From contig CAYOJI010000002.1 of NCBI GenBank assembly GCA_964404225.1, positions 1-58,481 of the forward strand: a stretch of 58,481 bases of DNA, read 5' to 3'. The notes beneath the pieces are model-generated. The model worked only from the letters and a program-made list of their open reading frames with translations. It was not told where the DNA came from and did not search any database. This stretch comes from an uncultured Nitrospiraceae bacterium. Lineage in GTDB: Bacteria; Nitrospirota; Thermodesulfovibrionia; Thermodesulfovibrionales; SM23-35. This document shows positions 17,702-26,565 of the stretch, piece by piece (positions within the stretch are counted from its first letter, which is position 1; every line of letters begins with the position of its first letter). The position numbers were made by a program, and so were the translations under genes.

Positions 17702-18072
17702 ATCTTATAAACTCTATTGAAGAAGGATTTAAAAGAGATATAGAGAAATTCAATGTAGGTGATACGGTGAGGGTATTTGTAAAGGTTGTAGAGGGTGATA
17801 AGGAAAGAATCCAACCTTTTGACGGAGTTGTAATTTCGAGGCGTGGTAGTAATACGAGGGAAACCTTTACTGTGCGAAAGATATCATTTGGAGTAGGTGT
17901 AGAAAGAATATTTCCTTTATATTCTCCTGTTATTGACAAAATAGAGGTTTTAAAGAAGGGGGACGTAAGGAAATCAAAATTATATTATTTAAGGTCGAAA
18001 AAGGGTAAGGCTGCGAAGATTAAAGAGAAAGAAAGGGTGTTTTTAGAAAAGATAACCCAAGAGGCAAAATAA
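17698..18072 (+). CDS. rplS: 50S ribosomal protein L19
   Basis: [23 protein letters not shown] motif. Overlaps the trmD stop. Confidence 0.95.
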   Translation: MNLINSIEEGFKRDIEKFNVGDTVRVFVKVVEGDKERIQPFDGVVISRRGSNTRETFTVRKISFGVGVERIFPLYSPVIDKIEVLKKGDVRKSKLYYLRSKKGKAAKIKEKERVFLEKITQEAK

Positions 18073-18092
18073 TTGTTCTGATAAATAGAATA

Positions 18093-18704
18093 ATGGATAT
18101 TTATCAATTCGATGATGCTCTTAGAAGAAAGGGGTTTTCAATAATTGCTGGTGTTGATGAGGCAGGAAGAGGGCCAATTGCAGGACCGGTTGTTGCAGCA
18201 GCAGTGGTATTGAAATCTGGTGTTAGGATTGCTGGACTGAGAGATTCAAAGAAAGTCTCTCCAAAAAAGAGAGAGGAATTATATGACGAGATCCGAAGCT
18301 CAGCCTTAGATATAGGAATAGGTATTGTAGGATCTGAGGAGATTGATAGATTAAACATTTTAAGAGCTACAAAGATCGCTATGCAGCATGCTATAGAAAA
18401 TCTTTCTAATATACCTGATCTACTCATCATTGATGCTTTATCCCTTCCTACTCTCCCTATAAAACAAATATCACCGATTAAAGCTGAAAGTAAAAGTGCT
18501 TCAGTTGCAGCAGCTTCGATAATTGCAAAGGTTTCAAGAGATAGGATTATGTTAGATTATCACATACAGTATCCTGTTTATAATTTTCGAGGACACAAAG
18601 GATATTCCACGAAAGAACATTTAGAGAAATTACATCTATACGGTCCTTGTCCGATTCATAGAAAAAGCTTTTTTAATGTTATAAATCTTCAGCTTCCTTT
18701 CTGA
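18093..18704 (+). CDS. rnhB: Ribonuclease HII
   Basis: GVDEAGRGPIAGPVVAAAV and DSKK motifs. Confidence 0.9.
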   Translation: MDIYQFDDALRRKGFSIIAGVDEAGRGPIAGPVVAAAVVLKSGVRIAGLRDSKKVSPKKREELYDEIRSSALDIGIGIVGSEEIDRLNILRATKIAMQHAIENLSNIPDLLIIDALSLPTLPIKQISPIKAESKSASVAAASIIAKVSRDRIMLDYHIQYPVYNFRGHKGYSTKEHLEKLHLYGPCPIHRKSFFNVINLQLPF

Positions 18705-18719
18705 AATAAGTCACCATAT

Positions 18720-19364
18720 TTAAAGTTCTTTAACTGAACCTTCTCTCAATAGATAAATTTTTTCGGCAACATTTTTTAAAAATTTAAGGTCATGTGTAAT
18801 GATTAAATATGTGTGAGTATTTTCTTTGAGATAATTTAAAAGTCTATTTGTTGTATCCCCGTCAAGTCCTGTAGCAGGTTCATCCAGAAGATAGCATTCG
18901 GGATGCATGGCTACTATAGTCGCAAGTGCTACAAGTCTTTTTTCACCACCTGAAAGTTTATGTGTAACTTTTTTTTCATAACCAGTTAAACCCAGTTTTT
19001 CACATGTTTCTTTTACAATAATCCTTGCCTCTTCATGGGATTTACCTAGATTTAAAGGGCCAAAGGCGATGTCTTCTTCTACAGTAGGACAAAAAAGTTG
19101 GTCATCGGAATCTTGAAATAGTAGACCTATCCTCTGTCTTACCTCTACGAAGTCACGTTCATCTCTTCTGAGTTTTCCGAATATTTCAATGTCTCCTGAA
19201 TCGGGCTTTAAAAGCCCCATAATTAAATGTAGAAGCGTTGTTTTCCCAGCACCATTGGGACCTATTAGCCCTATTCGATCACCCTTCTTTAAGGAAAAGT
19301 TTAGATTATTAAATAACTTTTTCCCATTTGTATATCCAAAATTTAAATTCTTTATGTTTATCAT
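18720..19364 (-). CDS. cbiO: ECF-type Ni/Co transporter ATPase (CbiO/NikO)
   Basis: Walker A GPNGAGKTT, signature LSGGEKRL, Walker B YLLDEP. It is the last gene of the cbiM-cbiQ operon. Confidence 0.85.
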   Translation of the reverse strand: MINIKNLNFGYTNGKKLFNNLNFSLKKGDRIGLIGPNGAGKTTLLHLIMGLLKPDSGDIEIFGKLRRDERDFVEVRQRIGLLFQDSDDQLFCPTVEEDIAFGPLNLGKSHEEARIIVKETCEKLGLTGYEKKVTHKLSGGEKRLVALATIVAMHPECYLLDEPATGLDGDTTNRLLNYLKENTHTYLIITHDLKFLKNVAEKIYLLREGSVKEL

Positions 19365-19367
19365 TTT

Positions 19368-20123
19368 TTAATTTCCATTTAAAGAGATTAGTGCTATTAA
19401 AATAATTATAAAGGCCATGATAATACTGAAATATATATCTGTTCGGCTGAGATTAAAATGGCTTATTATAGGAAAATTACCATGAAACCCCCTGCACAAC
19501 ATTGCTTTATAAATTCGCTGTGACCTTTCGTAACTTCTTACAATAAGCATTCCAACAAGATAGGCATATGTCTTATAAGTATGGATATTTGTTTTAGCCC
19601 TAAAAGCCCTAATATTCATTGCCCTCTTTAGTCTCAAATATTCCTCATGTAATACACTGATATATCGGTAAAAAAAGAAGAAGAGATGAACAAGTTTATC
19701 TGGTACTCTTAAATGGATGAGGGCGTGTGCAAGGGAAAAAACTTCTGATGTGCCAAGGATAGCTATTGTGGCTAACACAATAGCATTAGCCTTAAATGTG
19801 ATAGAAAGGACATATAAGAAGCCTTCACGAGTGGCTTTTAAAGAAGCAAATGAGAAAATCGTTTCGCCGGGATAACTAAATGGTAGAAATATCCAGAGAA
19901 GGAATATAAAACCATTGACAACAACCAATCTTCCTAAGAGTTTTTTAAAACTTATACGACTGATTAATAACATAACAACAGAAATCATAAAGGCTAAAAA
20001 AGGTCCTTTTAAGCCACTTGTAATGGCTATAAGGAAGATATAGGGAATAGCTGTTATAAATTTTATCCTCGGGTCAAGTCTATGTAATAAAGAATTACCT
20101 TCTGCAAATTCCTCGAGATGCAT
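19368..20123 (-). CDS. cbiQ: ECF transporter transmembrane T component (CbiQ/NikQ)
   Basis: LDPRIKF start and the conserved A.R.R(A/G) motif region (MNIRAFRAK). Confidence 0.85.
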   Translation of the reverse strand: MHLEEFAEGNSLLHRLDPRIKFITAIPYIFLIAITSGLKGPFLAFMISVVMLLISRISFKKLLGRLVVVNGFIFLLWIFLPFSYPGETIFSFASLKATREGFLYVLSITFKANAIVLATIAILGTSEVFSLAHALIHLRVPDKLVHLFFFFYRYISVLHEEYLRLKRAMNIRAFRAKTNIHTYKTYAYLVGMLIVRSYERSQRIYKAMLCRGFHGNFPIISHFNLSRTDIYFSIIMAFIIILIALISLNGN

Positions 20124-20124
20124 G

Positions 20125-20787
20125 TTAGGTTCTTTTCTTTATTTCGTTTTTTGCTTTGAAGTAAGCAATAATTCCTAATATACCTATAATATAACCAATA
20201 CCACCAATTATTTCTGTAAAACTTGGCTTCCCACTATTTTCCTGTATTTTAACAAGCGTCCTCATAACAGGCTGTAACTTCTTTTCAACAGCACTCTCAA
20301 CGATTGCCTCAAGCTCAGAGGCTTTCTCCTCTTCTAAACTTCTAACCTTCTTAACTTCTTTTTCTGACTTCTGACTCCTGACTTCTGACTTTTGAATTTT
20401 AATGCCCATTGCCTCTCTCACTTCATCTTCACCAATAATAAATTCTGCCTGATGACCCATGCTCGCATGGAGAACAAGTTTAAGGGATGTAGCCTTAGGA
20501 ATCTTAAAAGAAAACTTTCCTTCATCATCAGTCTTGCCCTCAAGTAGTTTAGTTTTGTCTTTTTCGTCAAAGACCTCTAAAATAGAGTTCTTACATTTTG
20601 AGCCGTCTACAAAATAACTTTCTGAATAAACCATACCATCTTCAGCATAAGCATAAATATTAACTTTATGAGCATAGGCTAAAGGGGTAAATAGTAAGAA
20701 GTAAACAGTAATCAGTAGAAAAGACGAAAGATATTTATTTACTAAAACCCTGAATCCTGAACTATGAATCTTATAACCATTTTTCAT
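20125..20787 (-). CDS. Bitopic accessory protein of the Ni/Co ECF system (NikL-like)
   Basis: N-terminal hydrophobic segment, a beta-rich periplasmic domain, a charged linker and a C-terminal TM (IIGGIGYIIGILGIIAYF). It sits between cbiM and cbiQ. The NikL assignment comes from context and remembered descriptions of NikKMLQO systems. Confidence 0.5.
   Translation of the reverse strand: MKNGYKIHSSGFRVLVNKYLSSFLLITVYFLLFTPLAYAHKVNIYAYAEDGMVYSESYFVDGSKCKNSILEVFDEKDKTKLLEGKTDDEGKFSFKIPKATSLKLVLHASMGHQAEFIIGEDEVREAMGIKIQKSEVRSQKSEKEVKKVRSLEEEKASELEAIVESAVEKKLQPVMRTLVKIQENSGKPSFTEIIGGIGYIIGILGIIAYFKAKNEIKKRT
20363..20390 (-). repeat. Four tandem heptanucleotide repeats inside the NikL-like CDS
   Basis: Plus strand reads TCTGACT TCTGACT CCTGACT TCTGACT (20363-20390). 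It encodes the SEVRSQKSE linker. Confidence 0.8.
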
Positions 20788-21395
20788 CCTTTTCTTACCT
20801 CCCCAAGAATTTCTGGTTTTACCTTTTTTAAAAATATAACGCAGAAGGATGTGATGATCCCTTCGACAATCATCACGGGAAAATCTGCAATCATTAGCAA
20901 TTTCGCTACATTTAGAAAGCTTTCACCTGTGGTTACGAGGGCTATAGCAACAAATAGTGCACCAAGCCCCACACCTGACAGGCCAGCACCAAACCCTGCG
21001 AGCATGCTTATAAAGTGATTTGCCTTTCTTATTAGAAAGTTAAAGAGATAATAAGATACAACAGCCGGTGCTGCCATATTAAATGTGTTCACACCGAGAG
21101 AGGTAAAACCGCCGAATTGAAACAAGAGTGCTTGCAGTGCAAGGGCTACAAGAATGGAAGGAAAAGACGTCCATCCTAAAAGCACTCCTACAAGACCGTT
21201 GAGAACCAAATGAACACTTGATGGTCCTATAGGAACATGGATTAATGAAGCAACAAAAAAGGCTGATGATAGAACAGCCACTTCTGGTATCTTTTCGTAA
21301 CTCATTTTTTTAAGCCCTATTGCAGTCCCAATAACTGTTAATGCCGCACCCGTCAGTAGCACGGGTGCGGATAGAACACCTTCGGATATATGCAT
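20784..21395 (-). CDS. cbiM: ECF Ni/Co substrate-capture component CbiM/NikM
   Basis: The N-terminal MHISEGVLS is the metal-ligating MHIxEG signature of CbiM/NikM. Confidence 0.9.
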   Translation of the reverse strand: MHISEGVLSAPVLLTGAALTVIGTAIGLKKMSYEKIPEVAVLSSAFFVASLIHVPIGPSSVHLVLNGLVGVLLGWTSFPSILVALALQALLFQFGGFTSLGVNTFNMAAPAVVSYYLFNFLIRKANHFISMLAGFGAGLSGVGLGALFVAIALVTTGESFLNVAKLLMIADFPVMIVEGIITSFCVIFLKKVKPEILGEVRKG

Positions 21396-21396
21396 A

Positions 21397-22170
21397 CTAT
21401 TTCATCTCTCTTGTTTTAATCCACAAAACAGCACCTATTTCGACGGGATACTCTTTACCCTCATGCATTAATTTGAAATCAGCAGTATTAAGAGCTGCAA
21501 ATCCCCACCAACCAGCCTTTGGCATTGCATAGGTGAAAACACCATTTGCATCAGCCTTTACAACCTGCGTTATATAAGGTTCATCAGGTGCTTTTACTTT
21601 CCCGCCTTCATTATAGTATTCAACCTCAACTTCTGCATAAGGAACTGGTTTACCATCAACCTTTACAATACCTTGAAATACATTGCCAGCCCAGAGGCCA
21701 TATGGTCTTGTAAGAGGAATGATTTCTGTTTTAAGCCCTATTTCAGCATCCCATCCTTCTTCCTTTCCAAGGGCATTTACTACTACTTTTGTGTAGTGGA
21801 TGATAAAACATTCTTCTGCTGGCTCCCAGTAAGGTACAGGCTCAACATAAAAGATATGATCCCCCGGTTGTTTAATCTTGTATGAAACCTCCCACGTGGT
21901 ATAACCCTTTACAACATTCTTTTTCAAAGTTTGAAGGAGATCGTGTTTTTTCCCATCTATCATCACCCCAAATGCCTTTGGCATCTCCATGTTCATATGG
22001 TGTCCTTCAAAGGGATGGATAAATTTTACCTTGAGGGTTATATCCTTTTTATCCTCCTTTGAAACGATATCATCAGATGGTATGATGACACCAAAATGAG
22101 CCCAGGAAAGTGAGAAAGATAATATAATTATCATAGTTGTTAAAATTGCCTTAAACAGGCTTTTCTTCAT
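21397..22170 (-). CDS. DUF4198 periplasmic Ni/Co-binding accessory protein (NikK/CbiK-like)
   Basis: Signal peptide followed by [11 protein letters not shown]..., typical of DUF4198. It lies immediately upstream of cbiM. Confidence 0.7.
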   Translation of the reverse strand: MKKSLFKAILTTMIIILSFSLSWAHFGVIIPSDDIVSKEDKKDITLKVKFIHPFEGHHMNMEMPKAFGVMIDGKKHDLLQTLKKNVVKGYTTWEVSYKIKQPGDHIFYVEPVPYWEPAEECFIIHYTKVVVNALGKEEGWDAEIGLKTEIIPLTRPYGLWAGNVFQGIVKVDGKPVPYAEVEVEYYNEGGKVKAPDEPYITQVVKADANGVFTYAMPKAGWWGFAALNTADFKLMHEGKEYPVEIGAVLWIKTREMK

Positions 22171-22206
22171 AGTTACTACCTCCTTATAATCTAAATTTTA
22201 AATTTT

Positions 22207-23334
22207 TTAAAAATATGCATTTACCCTTATCCCGTAAACAAATCCCTTTCGGTCTTCTTCATGCTTCATATTGTCGTTGACATATTGGACGTCAAATGTT
22301 ATGTCACTGAAATCTGATATCTTGAATTTTGCATACGTCTCGAAGGCATTGGTGTTATCTATATTACCGCAGTCAGCACCATCGAGATATGCATAACCAA
22401 CACCTATCTCGTCTTTCTCTCTTCCCCATAATTTTCCGCTTATATTGACACCACCTGAATAAATTTCATCGTGAATTATTACAGCTTCATCATTCTGCCA
22501 GCTAAACCTTACGAAAGCACCGATTATCTTGCTCAGTTCTTGATCTGCGGAGATCCCATAACCATAAAGACTGCCTTCACCCCTCTCATCCCAGCATGGA
22601 AACCTATCGTTTGTGGTAAAGCCATAGACTCTGTAGTTACCTTCGCCTAATGAGGTGTTAATAGTATATCCGAGTTGTAATGCATAGTAATTATAGCCTC
22701 TGAAAACATCATCTTCGATCTCGAATTTTGTATTCATCATTAATCCTTTGATAGAGAGGTTGGATATATTAAGTTCTACGATACCCCCGAGGTCATAGGA
22801 TGGTAAATTTACATTGGTGTGATTAACGAATACCTCATTCATAAACTGGCTGCATTCACAGTTTGCGAATTTATTATCGTCGATATATTTCGTAGCATCT
22901 ATAATACCTCCTGTTAAGCCAAGCGAAACATTTTTAGAAAGGGTGAATGTGTGTTTATACCATGCTTCAAGAAGATAATCCCTATTTCTACCATTTATAT
23001 CTTTAAGATCATTCTCAAGGTCATCCGCGTAAGGGACAAGAGAAAAGGGTTCTAAATAGTTTAATCCGTTACCTGCTGCATAACTAAGTGTTATTTGAAA
23101 CTCGTCTTTTTCTGTAGGATGGAAGTTAATTCCAAGATCTAAAACAGCAACTCCTCTATCTGCATCATCTTTTCCTTCAACATCTAAGTCACCGTATTGA
23201 TAAATTCCCGTCAGAGTCCCTTCTATTGTAAGTTTATCATTTACATCATATGCATTAGTTAAAGATGGCATTAAAAATGACATTATAAACATCAGCAAGA
23301 TTAATACTTTTAGTAAAAAGATTTTGAAACTCAT
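22207..23334 (-). CDS. Outer-membrane beta-barrel porin-like protein
   Basis: Signal peptide (MSFKIFLLKVLILLMFIMSFLMPSLTNA), alternating beta-strand pattern and a C-terminal ...IRVNAYF. I place the start at ATG 23334 after a GGAGGAGG SD; the track TTG at 23370 is unlikely. Confidence 0.65.
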   Translation of the reverse strand: MSFKIFLLKVLILLMFIMSFLMPSLTNAYDVNDKLTIEGTLTGIYQYGDLDVEGKDDADRGVAVLDLGINFHPTEKDEFQITLSYAAGNGLNYLEPFSLVPYADDLENDLKDINGRNRDYLLEAWYKHTFTLSKNVSLGLTGGIIDATKYIDDNKFANCECSQFMNEVFVNHTNVNLPSYDLGGIVELNISNLSIKGLMMNTKFEIEDDVFRGYNYYALQLGYTINTSLGEGNYRVYGFTTNDRFPCWDERGEGSLYGYGISADQELSKIIGAFVRFSWQNDEAVIIHDEIYSGGVNISGKLWGREKDEIGVGYAYLDGADCGNIDNTNAFETYAKFKISDFSDITFDVQYVNDNMKHEEDRKGFVYGIRVNAYF

Positions 23335-23495
23335 AAATACCTCCTCCACCAATTTTTTAAAAAGAGACAAAGGACGAGTATCAATTAAAAAGAAAGTCTT
23401 TTAAAAATTACCCCCCTTTCTGCGGCATAAAAAAAGCCGCGAAAGCTTTTCGACCTGCTGGTCGTCTTTGAGCCTTCGTGGCTAATTCTAAAATA

Positions 23496-23524
23496 AGATT
23501 ATCACAGTAATAAAACTAAGTCAA
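23496..23524 (-). promoter_or_regulatory. Possible promoter of the porin-Ni/Co ECF operon
   Basis: Minus strand: TTGACT (23524-19), 17 nt, TAATCT (23501-23496). This would give a leader of about 155 nt containing the GC-rich hairpins. Confidence 0.3.
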
Positions 23525-23557
23525 GAAACTATAATGTTTTTATACATTTGCTTAATA

Positions 23558-24382
23558 TCAGTTTTTCAAGATTATATTTTTATATAAAAGTACTATGAAG
23601 AAGAAAAAAAAATTTACCAAGATGGTGGAGGCACCTGTTGGAAAATTTATAATTACAGAGAAATATATTCCAATTACCACTGAAAAAATAGCAACAGCTG
23701 ATGATATAACTATTGTGCTCTTAAAACTTTTTCCTAACTGAAGCGAGGTTACAGCAGGTAGTATTAAAAGTGAAGAGGTAAGCATTATGCCAACAACCTT
23801 CATGGTGAGTACAACGGTTATTCCTGTCAAAATAACCAGGAGGGAATTTAATTTTTTTATATTGATTCCTGATATCTTTGCAAATTCTTCATCAAAAGTT
23901 ATAGAAAAATATTCGTTATAAAAGAATGATATTATTAAAAGCACGGATAGAGAGAGGATTATCGATATTATCACCTCTGTTTTACTAATTGAAAGTATAT
24001 TGCCAAAAAGAAAACTGAAAAGGTCAATATTGAATCCACCTGCCATGCTTACTATTATTACTCCTGCTGCAATACCAAAAGAGGAGACGATACCTATTGC
24101 AGCATCTCCATATATTTTTGCCTTTTCCATTAATTTAAGTATCCCGAGTGAACTTAAAGTGACTATTGGTATTGCTATATATATTGGATGTTGCTTTAAT
24201 AAAAGTCCAACTGCTATACCTCCAAATGTAACATGAGCAAGCCCATCTCCAATTAGAGATAGCCTTCTTAATATAAGGAGCACCCCCAAAATTGAGCATA
24301 CAATTCCGATAAATGAGCCTGCTAATAAAGCCCTTTGAATGAATCCATAATTAAAAAAGTCGAAAATTTCGATATCAGTCAT
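23558..24382 (-). CDS. znuB: Metal (Zn/Mn) ABC transporter permease
   Basis: 274-aa ABC-3 family permease in the zur-znuA-znuC-znuB operon. Confidence 0.85.
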   Translation of the reverse strand: MTDIEIFDFFNYGFIQRALLAGSFIGIVCSILGVLLILRRLSLIGDGLAHVTFGGIAVGLLLKQHPIYIAIPIVTLSSLGILKLMEKAKIYGDAAIGIVSSFGIAAGVIIVSMAGGFNIDLFSFLFGNILSISKTEVIISIILSLSVLLIISFFYNEYFSITFDEEFAKISGINIKKLNSLLVILTGITVVLTMKVVGIMLTSSLLILPAVTSLQLGKSFKSTIVISSAVAIFSVVIGIYFSVIINFPTGASTILVNFFFFFIVLLYKNIILKN

Positions 24383-25124
24383 GTCTATGGCATATTAAGT
24401 GTTGGGTATATTTACCGAAATATTCGGTCATATTTTCAGACTCACAGAATTCATCGAAGCTTCCATAAAAGATTAATTTTTTATCAAGGTACATAAGTTT
24501 GGAAGCATATTTTCCGATATAAGCAATATCATGCGTTATAAAGATGATAGTTACCTTTCTATTAACATTTAGTTCTTTAAGTAGGTGGAAAAAAATTTCT
24601 TTAACTTCGGGATCAAGGGCGGTTGTAGGTTCATCGAGAATTAATAAATCTGGCTTATTAACTATTGCCCTTGCAAGAAGAACCCTCTGTTGTTGACCCC
24701 CTGAAAGTTCACCAATTAATTTGTCTTTAATCTCAATAAGTTCCATTAATTTCATTGCTTCGTTAATCTCTTTTTCGTCTGAAGCGGTTATTCTTTTAGG
24801 AAATTTCTTCTTTGAAAATAGACCCAGTGATACAATCTCTTTTACAGTAGCTGGGAAATATTGATTAAAATTTTCGAGTTTTTGGGGTAAATATCCAATC
24901 TTGTACCAATCTTTAAATTCAGAAGAGTTTATTCCAAATAATGAAATATTTCCTTTTTCAGGTTTAAGGAGTCCAAGAATTATTTTTACCAATGTAGTTT
25001 TACCAGATCCATTAGGACCAACAAGTCCGATATAGTCTCCTTTGTATATCGAGAAGGAAATATTATTTAAGATATCTCTTGAGTTGTATCTAAACTTTAG
25101 ATCTTCTACAGATACTATCTTCAT
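24375..25124 (-). CDS. znuC: Metal (Zn/Mn) ABC transporter ATPase
   Basis: Walker A GPNGSGKTT, LSGGQQQRV, ILDEP. Confidence 0.9.
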   Translation of the reverse strand: MKIVSVEDLKFRYNSRDILNNISFSIYKGDYIGLVGPNGSGKTTLVKIILGLLKPEKGNISLFGINSSEFKDWYKIGYLPQKLENFNQYFPATVKEIVSLGLFSKKKFPKRITASDEKEINEAMKLMELIEIKDKLIGELSGGQQQRVLLARAIVNKPDLLILDEPTTALDPEVKEIFFHLLKELNVNRKVTIIFITHDIAYIGKYASKLMYLDKKLIFYGSFDEFCESENMTEYFGKYTQHLICHRHD

Positions 25125-26044
25125 TTACAATCGAGACCAATCTTAAGGTTTTCAAGATTTTTTTCCATTAATGAAATGAAACTCACGCCACTTACTAATT
25201 CGTCTTTCGTGATATTGTGTGCTCCGTGAAGTTTTAATAATTTAGACCCTGTATCTTTTGCAATTATCTCTGCTACCTTCGGATTAATCAGTTCTTCATA
25301 AAATATATATTTGATTTTGTGTTTTTTGATTTCTTCTATAAGTTCGATTAAATCTTGAGGAGTTGGTTCTGCATTTGGGGAAAACTCCTTATATGCTGAA
25401 AAATATTTGAGATTATATCTTTTAACTAAATAGCCAAAGGCAAAATGTCCTCCATGGATTAATACGTCTTTTTTGCAGGTTGAGAGGGAGTCTCTATATT
25501 TTTTATCGAGATTTTTTAATCTATTTTTATAGTCTTTAGCATTTTTTATATAATAGTTTGTATGAGAAGGATCTTTTTCTAAAAATCCTTTCAAAATATT
25601 ATCCACTATCCTTTGTGCAAAAGAAAAATCTAGCCAGATATGGGGGTCAACTTTATCAAAATTGATATTTTGTTTTGTTTTTTGGAATATATTTTCACTT
25701 GCATCTATTATTAAAAGATTTTTATTATCTATGCCTCTAAGGATATCTTCAGCCCATGGTTCCATATATTTCCCTGTGTAGATGAAGATATCCGCTTTTT
25801 TGATATTGATTATATCACCTAATTTTGGCTCAAAACTGTGCGCTTCTATACCCGGGGGTAAAAGAAGAATAATCTCTGCTTTTTCTTTTGCGATATTTTT
25901 AGAAAAATCATACAAGGGGAATAAAGTTGTAACAACCTTTAACCTTTTTTGGGAGATGTATTCTTCGCCTTTCTTTTTGCAAGAGTAAACAAAAAAGATT
26001 AAAAAAAAGATTAGTCCAATTGTAATTAAATTTTTAGATTTCAT
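25121..26044 (-). CDS. znuA: Metal (Zn/Mn) ABC substrate-binding lipoprotein (cluster A-I, ZnuA/TroA-like)
   Basis: Lipobox VYSC. The LKVVTTLFPLYDF and DPHIWLD motifs are typical of ZnuA/TroA. Confidence 0.85.
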   Translation of the reverse strand: MKSKNLITIGLIFFLIFFVYSCKKKGEEYISQKRLKVVTTLFPLYDFSKNIAKEKAEIILLLPPGIEAHSFEPKLGDIINIKKADIFIYTGKYMEPWAEDILRGIDNKNLLIIDASENIFQKTKQNINFDKVDPHIWLDFSFAQRIVDNILKGFLEKDPSHTNYYIKNAKDYKNRLKNLDKKYRDSLSTCKKDVLIHGGHFAFGYLVKRYNLKYFSAYKEFSPNAEPTPQDLIELIEEIKKHKIKYIFYEELINPKVAEIIAKDTGSKLLKLHGAHNITKDELVSGVSFISLMEKNLENLKIGLDCK

Positions 26045-26478
26045 TTCTTTTTCTTGCTCCTGTTAAGACATTTTTTACAAAGACCATTGACCTGCAAGAT
26101 ATGAGAAATGACCTTACCACACAAATCCTTTTTTACCTTTTTTTCTAATTCGTCTATTTTGCAAAAATCAATGTCTTCGACATTCCGACATGAAAGACAT
26201 ACAAAATGATGATGGTGAGACCTGTTCCTACAAAAGAAATAATAAAGTTGACGATTAGGATGATTGACTTTAGAGATTACATCTCCTGCTGAGAGTTCTT
26301 CTAAATTTCTATATACTGTTGGCAGTCCTATTTTCTTAAAATGCCTTTTCATTTTCTTCCATACCTCCTCTGGACTCAAATAGGCTGATTCATTAGTCAG
26401 AATTTCAAGGATAGCTAATCTTTTAGGCGTCACCTTAAGGTTTATTTTTCGAAGAATCGAAGAAAATTCATCAGACAT
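26041..26478 (-). CDS. zur: Fur-family metalloregulator, probably Zur
   Basis: Fur-family winged helix (TPKRLAILEIL....LSPEEV), an HHHH-F-C..C site and a C-terminal CKKC. It is the first gene of the znu operon. Confidence 0.8.
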   Translation of the reverse strand: MSDEFSSILRKINLKVTPKRLAILEILTNESAYLSPEEVWKKMKRHFKKIGLPTVYRNLEELSAGDVISKVNHPNRQLYYFFCRNRSHHHHFVCLSCRNVEDIDFCKIDELEKKVKKDLCGKVISHILQVNGLCKKCLNRSKKKK

Positions 26479-26497
26479 TTTTATGCCTTAAAATGTA

Positions 26498-26516
26498 AAT
26501 AGAAATTATTTCTATT
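26498..26516. promoter_or_regulatory. Candidate Zur/Fur box (perfect 9-1-9 palindrome)
   Basis: AATAGAAAT-T-ATTTCTATT lies about 20 nt upstream of the zur start codon. It is flanked by outer GCCTTA.../...TAAGGC symmetry. Confidence 0.55.
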
Positions 26517-26565
26517 AAGGCATAGATGTAAATAAAAGTCAAGTAGGATAAAAAAGTTATCTTGT

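Noticed and set aside
23371-23557. A cobalamin riboswitch or NikR operator upstream of the cbiM-type operon.
   Set aside because: CbiMNQO operons are often B12-controlled, but this region is too short and lacks the GCCACTG / GGGAAGG / B12-box core seen at 41544..41770. I also found no GTATGA-type or GTGTTAC-type inverted repeat for NikR.
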